DNA from: a candidate division WOR-3 bacterium
GTDB lineage: Bacteria; Hydrothermota; Tepidihabitantia; Tepidihabitantales; Tepidihabitantaceae
Assembly: GCA_965648905.1 (NCBI GenBank)
Contig: CBFGIT010000015.1
Location: forward strand, 1 to 64,000
DNA: 64,000 nt
Reading direction: 5' to 3'
The notes under the pieces: model-generated
What the model saw: the letters and a program-made list of their open reading frames with translations, nothing else
Database searches by the model: none
Told to the model about the DNA's origin: nothing
Shown here: piece after piece, positions 57,635 through 64,000 of the stretch
Layout of the letters: every line of letters begins with the position of its first letter
Numbering within the stretch: position 1 is the stretch's first letter
Program-made: the position numbers and the translations under genes

Positions 57635-60600
57635 TCAAAATATGAGAACGAACTTGCCGACCTGATCGCCCGCCTCCGACTCAACATGGAAGAAGTAGGT
57701 GCCGGGTGCGGGTTTCTGCCGGCTTTCGTTCAACAGGTCCCAGTCCTCATCGCCGCCGTACTGGCCGGGAGAGCCACCGACATCAGGCCTGGTCTGGTGG
57801 TGCAACAGAGTCCGCACCAAGTCGCCGGCCATGTTGTAGATGCGGATTTTGCAGTCGCCGGGCAGGTTTATGAACTTGAGTTTTCGGAAGTCACGGTGTC
57901 GTTCCCATTCGTTGGTGACGACGTAGGGGTTAGGCACGACCTTGACCCTTCGGTCCAAAGTATCATTCACCTCGGACGGGCTGAAATCAACCTCGAAAGC
58001 GGCGAAGTACGGCGCTGGCGACAGGACTTTGCTGTAGAGCACCCAGGTGTCGCCATCGCCCGGCACGGCTGATTCCGTTAGGGAAAACCGGAAGAGGCTA
58101 CCGCAGACATACATCGTTGGGGTGCGGTTGACAACAAAGGAGTCCATCGCCGAGCTTGGCTGAACCCCGCGGAAGCACCAACCGTTGGCTGAGTCGGCGG
58201 TCGTCGCGTTTGAGGGATAGAAACGGTAGGGCACAGCAACGTCATTATCCAGGTCGTAGACCGTAGCGGTGACAGCGCTGCCTCGGCGACCCCAGACGAT
58301 GCGGTAGTCTGAGCCCCGGTATGCCCAGAGTGCCTTGTTCTCGGTCAGGTCAGCGACCGTCAGCGTTGACTCAGGATAGCTGCCGCTGATGATGCGCACA
58401 CGTTCGTAGAACTGCTTGGGAATCGCGTCCATCTTCAGCTTCATGGCGATCTGCAGTACCGGCAACCAGGTACGGGTGGTATCGATGACCGTATCTCCGG
58501 TCCCGGTGACGCGGTTGCGGATGTCGGTGATGACCGAGTCGAAGATCGCCGGCACCATGGAGACGGTGTCGGTTGCGGCATCAATCGCCAGACTGAAGCT
58601 CGTCGGACGAACCAGGGTCTCCCCTGCCTGATTGGTAACAGCATACGAGTACACTGGACGGGACGTGGCGCGGTCAAAGGCAGGCTCGCCAAATGAGACC
58701 CGGTATGTCTCCCGGCGCACAGCATAGGGCACAAGCGGGGACGGCTCAATAGTCATACGCAGGGCGACGTTCCCGGATACCTGTCGTGCCGTGCCGGAGG
58801 CCGGCACGTATCCGGCGGCGTGGGTTCTGGGCACAACTCGCAGCGAGATGATCCCAGATTCAAGCGAAAGGGTATCAGGCGGCACCGAATCGCTGCCGCC
58901 GGTGTAGTTGATGTCAAACGCAGTCACCGCATAGTAGTAGGGAAAACCAAGCCTCAGGCGGCTCGAGTCGACGAAGCTGTAGGATAGCCCAGCATCGACC
59001 GCTTTGGTCCGAAGCGATTCGACCACGGTCGTATCTTCATATCTGATGCCGTCGTTGCGGTCGAACTGCGCCAGGAGCGACCACGTATTGGGCTGACCAG
59101 TGCGGCTACGGTAGACCTTGTAGCCTTGGAAATCCTGTTCTTTATAGAACGGACTGGCGAGGGCCCGGGACAGAGGGTAAAAACGGTCCCTAGCATGCTC
59201 GGGGTAATCGTCCCATACTAGGGTCACGCGCCCGTCACCCGGGACAGCAGTCAGGTTCGGACTCGGCGGCGGTTCCGGCGCAATCCAGTTGTTGTCGTAG
59301 GCCTGCTGAGCCGCCTGAGAAGCAAGTGCTAGATAGTAGGACATCGTTGTGTCCGAACCCGGAGCCCGGTCGGCGGCGATGACCGCAATCGTCACGGTCG
59401 CGATCTCGTTGGGCGCGAGGTCGAACGGGCCGGTCGCCTGCAAGAACCGCTTGTCGGCTGGCGCCTGGTCGGTCGAATCGAACGGGTTATAGGGATGCTG
59501 GGGATTGGCGTAGTCATAGCCGGCGAGTGCCAGATACTGCTCAAAGTCGTCTTTCGGGTCGGCATCAGTAAGGGTGAATATCTTGAACGACGTCATGCCG
59601 AGCTGCCGACCCTCCGCCGGCTCGTCAATTAACCCATTCCCGTTGTTGTCCAGACCGTCGAACCCGTCAATCGTGCCGTCTGGATTCCTGACGTAAGGGC
59701 TCTGCAGGAAATCGAAACCGACCATCCCACTCGGAACGGCATCATTGCTCCAGACATAGCCCATGTTATCGACGAAGACGGAATCGGTGTGGGAGTTGTT
59801 GTAGACGTACTTGTGCAGGGCAAGACCGCACCAGTCGTCAGCAGCGTTGCCGACGTCGGCATCACAGACCATCCCGATGCGCATCTCGCGGATCATGGCC
59901 GTGTCCCGGTTGCGTACGTCAAGCTTGAAGAATACGATGTCGCGATTCCAGGGCAGAGTCCATGAGTAGGTCGTCTGATAGACCTCGATGTTCTGCGGGC
60001 GTGGAGTTGGGCTCAGGCTGGCAACATGTTGAGCCGGGTCTCGGTCATTAAACACCGTCCAAGCGTCACCAGTCGAGACCGCGCTGCGCGGAATGTAATA
60101 GAAATAGCCGGGAATCGTCTCGTTGCCGGACGGGATTCTGAGCGGCGTCTTCACTGAGTCGCTCAATCCGGGCGGGAAGTCGTCGAGGTTGGGCGGCCAG
60201 TCCTCGGGGTACACGTAGACGCGTTCGAATTCGCGGCTACCATAGCCGCCCAACGGGCTGTCAAAGCATCCCGGCGTCATCTCCGACTTGCCCGAGTTCG
60301 GGTTGTATCCATTTGAGACCAGGGTGTCCTTGTTAGGTCGCAGGCCCTTCTTGATTGACCCGATCCAGATGCCAGCACCATAGATGTACATGTCGCCCGA
60401 GCCGGCCGGCCACTCGCCACCGCCGGAACGCGTTTCGGAGTAACCGAATGTGCCGTAGTTCGATATGTTGATCCGCCACTGGTTCTTGAGATACTGCCGG
60501 TTTTCGAACTTACGCGAACCTGGTCGCCATGGTTTGCTGGCTGTCTTGGCCCACACCGGAGTAACCAGGACGACCAGAGCCAGCAGTCCGAGCACACCAA

Positions 60601-60640
60601 ACCCTGCGGACAGACTCCTGAATGCCGATTTCGCCTTCAC
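57635..60640 (-). CDS. large secreted protein of the TonB/PorV cluster with CTD-like C-terminus
   Basis: Signal peptide, GGEWPAGSG, PGDGRVTLVWD..FQGYKVYRS..YYYAVTAFD, VKVVPNPY..FINLP..IRIYNMAGDLV..WDL. Confidence 0.8.
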   Translation of the reverse strand: MKAKSAFRSLSAGFGVLGLLALVVLVTPVWAKTASKPWRPGSRKFENRQYLKNQWRINISNYGTFGYSETRSGGGEWPAGSGDMYIYGAGIWIGSIKKGLRPNKDTLVSNGYNPNSGKSEMTPGCFDSPLGGYGSREFERVYVYPEDWPPNLDDFPPGLSDSVKTPLRIPSGNETIPGYFYYIPRSAVSTGDAWTVFNDRDPAQHVASLSPTPRPQNIEVYQTTYSWTLPWNRDIVFFKLDVRNRDTAMIREMRIGMVCDADVGNAADDWCGLALHKYVYNNSHTDSVFVDNMGYVWSNDAVPSGMVGFDFLQSPYVRNPDGTIDGFDGLDNNGNGLIDEPAEGRQLGMTSFKIFTLTDADPKDDFEQYLALAGYDYANPQHPYNPFDSTDQAPADKRFLQATGPFDLAPNEIATVTIAVIAADRAPGSDTTMSYYLALASQAAQQAYDNNWIAPEPPPSPNLTAVPGDGRVTLVWDDYPEHARDRFYPLSRALASPFYKEQDFQGYKVYRSRTGQPNTWSLLAQFDRNDGIRYEDTTVVESLRTKAVDAGLSYSFVDSSRLRLGFPYYYAVTAFDINYTGGSDSVPPDTLSLESGIISLRVVPRTHAAGYVPASGTARQVSGNVALRMTIEPSPLVPYAVRRETYRVSFGEPAFDRATSRPVYSYAVTNQAGETLVRPTSFSLAIDAATDTVSMVPAIFDSVITDIRNRVTGTGDTVIDTTRTWLPVLQIAMKLKMDAIPKQFYERVRIISGSYPESTLTVADLTENKALWAYRGSDYRIVWGRRGSAVTATVYDLDNDVAVPYRFYPSNATTADSANGWCFRGVQPSSAMDSFVVNRTPTMYVCGSLFRFSLTESAVPGDGDTWVLYSKVLSPAPYFAAFEVDFSPSEVNDTLDRRVKVVPNPYVVTNEWERHRDFRKLKFINLPGDCKIRIYNMAGDLVRTLLHHQTRPDVGGSPGQYGGDEDWDLLNESRQKPAPGTYFFHVESEAGDQVGKFVLIF

Positions 60641-60649
60641 GCTTCCTCC

Positions 60650-63478
60650 TCAGAACTCGAGACTGACGCCGACCCGAATCTGACGTGGCGCCCCATAGTT
60701 TATCGGATTGTCGACGAAGTCAAGATATCCGACCTTGTATGCCGAGTATTCCTCCTCGTCGGTGATGTAGCCGTCGTGATTGCGGTCGCGCACCGGGTTG
60801 TAGAGACTGGGGTTCAGGAGTGTCACGTCCGACGTCACCCCCCAGTTGGCAGGCGAGAGCGTGGCGGCGTAGCCATCGTCGTTAGGCAGACCGGTCGCAC
60901 CGTAGACCCAGTGCACGGTTTGGTTGTTGAGCAGGTTCGTGACGACCGCGGTGAGCCCGAGCTTGAGTGCGCCCACCCGGAAGAACTTGGCTGCGTTCAG
61001 ATCAGCGGAGAAGCGTGGCGGCATCCGGGCTGAGTTGCGCTCCGCGGTCTGGCGGCCAGCATTCAGCCCGCGGGCTCCTACCTCACGGGGCGTGTACGGC
61101 AGGCCGGAACCGTAAGACACTAGCACGGTGCCGGACAGATCACGCAGCGGGACAAACCGGATGTCGCCCGGAAGGTCAACGCCGAGGCTGAGTTTGGCAT
61201 TGTGGCGCTCGTCGAACTCGAGCGCGTAGTCCCGCCGGGGCGGCTCCATCTGCAGGCCGGTCACCGGGTCGGTGCCATAGCGATATCGTTCGTAGTACCA
61301 CTCGTAGGTATAGGAGGCCGTGCCCCGCGCCAGCGACAGTCCATAGGAGACGCGGGCGTTCCAGTAATCGGCCAGCGTCTTCTGGACGCCGATTTCAAAG
61401 CCACGCACGCTGCCGTACTCCTCGTTAACCAAGGGAAAGTAGCCGAGCGGAATCGCAGGCTGAAACCGCGTGCCCATCAGGTCGAAGATGTCCTTGTAGT
61501 AGGCGGTCAGGTCAGCGACGACATGGCGGGAGACTTCCTGTTCGAGTCCGAGCTCGTAGGCAATCGTCTGCTGAGCAAGCAGGTCCGGATTGCCGATGAT
61601 CATGTTGCCGCGCGAATAGGCAGCACTGCCGATGTTGTCGAATAGATAACGGTAGGCCGGGGTCTGAAAGAAGTGACCGTAGGAGAACCGGAATTTGGTC
61701 TTGTTTGTGATAGGGAAGGAAACGCCGAGTCGGGGTGACAGCTTGAACTTGGTCTTCGCCGCCACGGTCGAAGTGTCCTCGATGACGTCAGGCCGGAGCC
61801 GCTTGCGGGTCATCGGATCAAGATAGTCAAGCCGCAATCCGGCCCGGACGACAAGGTCCTCAAAGTCCATCCGGTCCTGAACAAAGGCCGCAGCGTTGAC
61901 CGGCTCAACGTCATAGGAATCGACAAACGGGTTCGGGTCCCAAGGAAGTGAATTGTAACGCCGATGCAGATAGTTCTTGCGTAGTTCCAGACCGGTCTTC
62001 AGCTCGTGTACCTTGCCAACGTTGTGGGTGATGTCGCCCTTGAAGGTCAGGACGTCAGACCAATGCATCTGAAAGAGCCGGTAATCACCCGTGCCGTAAT
62101 ACAAGTTGTAGATACCCCAAGGGTTATTCGTGTTCACTTGAGACTGCTGCTCGTAGCCTGGCATCGGGTGAAACAACACCGAGTCGTTCTTTTTGACCGT
62201 ATCCTCAGCCTTGAAAATGTAGTCTTCCCAGAACCGCTTGGCGAAGTTGCGCTCCTCGGCCTCGCGTTCGAGGTCTCGCACTGCGGTCGTCCGTTCATCC
62301 CCAAAGTAGTTGAACCGCAGGGTATAGAAGGTCTCCTTGGTCAGCATGTGGTTCATGGACACATCGGCCTTCTTCGCTCGGTCGCGTCGTGACAGGAAAT
62401 GGTCGAGATTGTACTTGAACCCAAGGTGGTTCTCGTTCTCCCGGTCCCATGGGTATAGCTCAATCTGCTCGCGCGCCGCGAAGCCATCCGCGGTCAGCCG
62501 CATTCCTTCGTTGACCGGCAGGGAGTAAGTCAGCTTCATTGTCCCCTTGTAGTCCTGCCGCTGCTGATGGCGCAGCTTGTACTTCAGAGGGCTGTAGTCA
62601 TCGGTGAAGTACAGCTCACCGGAGAAGAAGTAGCGGAGTCGCGTCTGACCCGGCACCGGGCCACCCAGCGATGCCTCGTACCGGTTGTCGCCGAAGTTCA
62701 GCCCGCCCGGAAACAACTCATCGGTCGTATACTTGAGCCGTCCCTTGAGCTGACCTTTGCCTTCCTTGGTGATGACTTGGATGATGCCCGACATCGCCTC
62801 GCCGTACTCAGCGTCAAAGCCGCCGGAGATGATGACGACTTCCGCCGTTGCCTCGGGGTTGACGCGGGCGGCCTGATATCCGAACAACGGGTCCGAAGTC
62901 GCCACGCCGTCAACGTAGTACGCAACTTCGTCCGGTCTGCCGCCGCGGAGGTGCTGACCGTAAACTGGACTGGTCACAACGCCGGTCTGGAGCCGGACGA
63001 TGTCAGCCAAAGTCGCGACCGGCAGTTTGGCAATCTCCTCGTCGGTCATCGGTCGGCTCGTGCTCGCAACGGTCCGAACAATTGCGTCCCGGGTTCCGGC
63101 AACGACGACCTCGCCGACCTGAATCCGCTCGCCGCTTCCCAGGGCGAAATCCTCGGTTACAGTCTGGTCCGGGATTACTACGACTCCGGTCTTTCGCTGC
63201 GTCTCATAACCGATATATGAACAAACTAGGTCGTGCCGACCAGCCGGTACGTTGGCCACAAGATACTCGCCAGTCGCATCACTTGCCGCGCCGAGTTCGG
63301 TTCCTTCAACAACGACGTTGGCGCCAATCAGCGGCTCACGAGTCTTCGCGTCAAGCACACGACCCCGAAGTCGGCCGGTCGCTGCAGCATGAGCCGCGCC
63401 CACAAGCACCAGCAGGAACATGACCGCGCTCTGGACGACAGTCCGGCACTTCCTGGATTTCTGTCTCCTGCTTGTCAT
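60650..63478 (-). CDS. TonB-dependent receptor
   Basis: Carboxypeptidase-reg-like N-domain, plug HLRGGR..YYVDG..GGFDAEYG, SPRLG, GNPDL, terminal Phe. Confidence 0.93.
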   Translation of the reverse strand: MTSRRQKSRKCRTVVQSAVMFLLVLVGAAHAAATGRLRGRVLDAKTREPLIGANVVVEGTELGAASDATGEYLVANVPAGRHDLVCSYIGYETQRKTGVVVIPDQTVTEDFALGSGERIQVGEVVVAGTRDAIVRTVASTSRPMTDEEIAKLPVATLADIVRLQTGVVTSPVYGQHLRGGRPDEVAYYVDGVATSDPLFGYQAARVNPEATAEVVIISGGFDAEYGEAMSGIIQVITKEGKGQLKGRLKYTTDELFPGGLNFGDNRYEASLGGPVPGQTRLRYFFSGELYFTDDYSPLKYKLRHQQRQDYKGTMKLTYSLPVNEGMRLTADGFAAREQIELYPWDRENENHLGFKYNLDHFLSRRDRAKKADVSMNHMLTKETFYTLRFNYFGDERTTAVRDLEREAEERNFAKRFWEDYIFKAEDTVKKNDSVLFHPMPGYEQQSQVNTNNPWGIYNLYYGTGDYRLFQMHWSDVLTFKGDITHNVGKVHELKTGLELRKNYLHRRYNSLPWDPNPFVDSYDVEPVNAAAFVQDRMDFEDLVVRAGLRLDYLDPMTRKRLRPDVIEDTSTVAAKTKFKLSPRLGVSFPITNKTKFRFSYGHFFQTPAYRYLFDNIGSAAYSRGNMIIGNPDLLAQQTIAYELGLEQEVSRHVVADLTAYYKDIFDLMGTRFQPAIPLGYFPLVNEEYGSVRGFEIGVQKTLADYWNARVSYGLSLARGTASYTYEWYYERYRYGTDPVTGLQMEPPRRDYALEFDERHNAKLSLGVDLPGDIRFVPLRDLSGTVLVSYGSGLPYTPREVGARGLNAGRQTAERNSARMPPRFSADLNAAKFFRVGALKLGLTAVVTNLLNNQTVHWVYGATGLPNDDGYAATLSPANWGVTSDVTLLNPSLYNPVRDRNHDGYITDEEEYSAYKVGYLDFVDNPINYGAPRQIRVGVSLEF

Positions 63479-63487
63479 CTTCGCCTC

Positions 63488-64000
63488 CTATGGTCTCGGT
63501 AGCACCCGGATTGGTAGCGCCCAGGTTGCGCTCGTGAAAGGGGCATCGCGGTACAGAACGTTTGACATGGGAAGCACCTGGACGTAGACGTGCTGACAGC
63601 CGGTGCTAGAGAATCTGAATGTCGCCGCGCCCCTTCTGGCTCCAGCCGTGATGTCGGTTTTCCTGCCCTCGATGCCGAGGAAGAATCGGTTCCGGTCCAC
63701 GTTGGTGTCTGACGGCGTGCTTGTCGTGACGACCAAGTCGACCTGCTCGTCTTGATGAATGGTATACAGCGTATCGATCGACCGTAGGTTGTACAGACCG
63801 CGTCCGTCGCGCCGAGGGGAATAGAAAAAGGTATCCGACTGGCCGGGACGATTGAGCACGACCCGACTGATGCTCGGAGCGTCCTGCGCCGCGGGCACGA
63901 ATACGCCGAAACCGGTCATCTTCTCGACCCGATAAGGCCCGGCCGAGTCCTTAGGCAGGAATACCTCCCGTCGCGCAGCCCAGTCGTGGGTCTTGGCTGT
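63488..64000 (-). CDS. hypothetical protein, C-terminal part (start outside window)
   Basis: Frame is open to the window edge; its stop abuts the GGAGG RBS of the TonB receptor gene. Confidence 0.7.
   Translation of the reverse strand, partial: TAKTHDWAARREVFLPKDSAGPYRVEKMTGFGVFVPAAQDAPSISRVVLNRPGQSDTFFYSPRRDGRGLYNLRSIDTLYTIHQDEQVDLVVTTSTPSDTNVDRNRFFLGIEGRKTDITAGARRGAATFRFSSTGCQHVYVQVLPMSNVLYRDAPFTSATWALPIRVLPRP

Overview
GC-rich bacterial chromosome segment. The many secreted proteins with T9SS-type/FlgD-Ig C-terminal domains, plus Kelch/CARDB modules and a PorV-TonB receptor cluster, suggest an FCB-group lineage such as candidate division WOR-3 (inference). Contents in order: secreted CTD proteins; alr, a cupin, a DPM1-like GT2, rocD and an aldehyde dehydrogenase; a TPR protein with a degenerate sigma-54 activator domain; large secreted enzymes (lectin-arylsulfotransferase, M6 metalloprotease, C25 gingipain-like protease) and mscL; a grpE-dnaK-dnaJ-rsmE-rpsU-mutS2-dnaG-rpoD...rsmI-hflX gene run with tRNA-Pro(GGG); a pseudokinase-PASTA/PEGA/YVTN operon; an HDAC plus polysaccharide genes; and a TonB receptor/PorV operon. 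Top finding: an isolated 121-aa gene (52881-53246, minus) whose motif spacing matches, by recall, the SIRV2-type (Adnaviria) filamentous archaeal virus capsid protein, which binds 12 bp of A-form DNA per dimer. About 200 bp upstream lies a non-coding tract with strict 12-bp-phased TA steps. Two more 12-bp-phased intergenic tracts occur at about 4.25-4.49 kb and 24.9-25.16 kb. Together these suggest a possible domesticated capsid-fold DNA-coating system with chromosomal nucleation arrays. This is an untested hypothesis.
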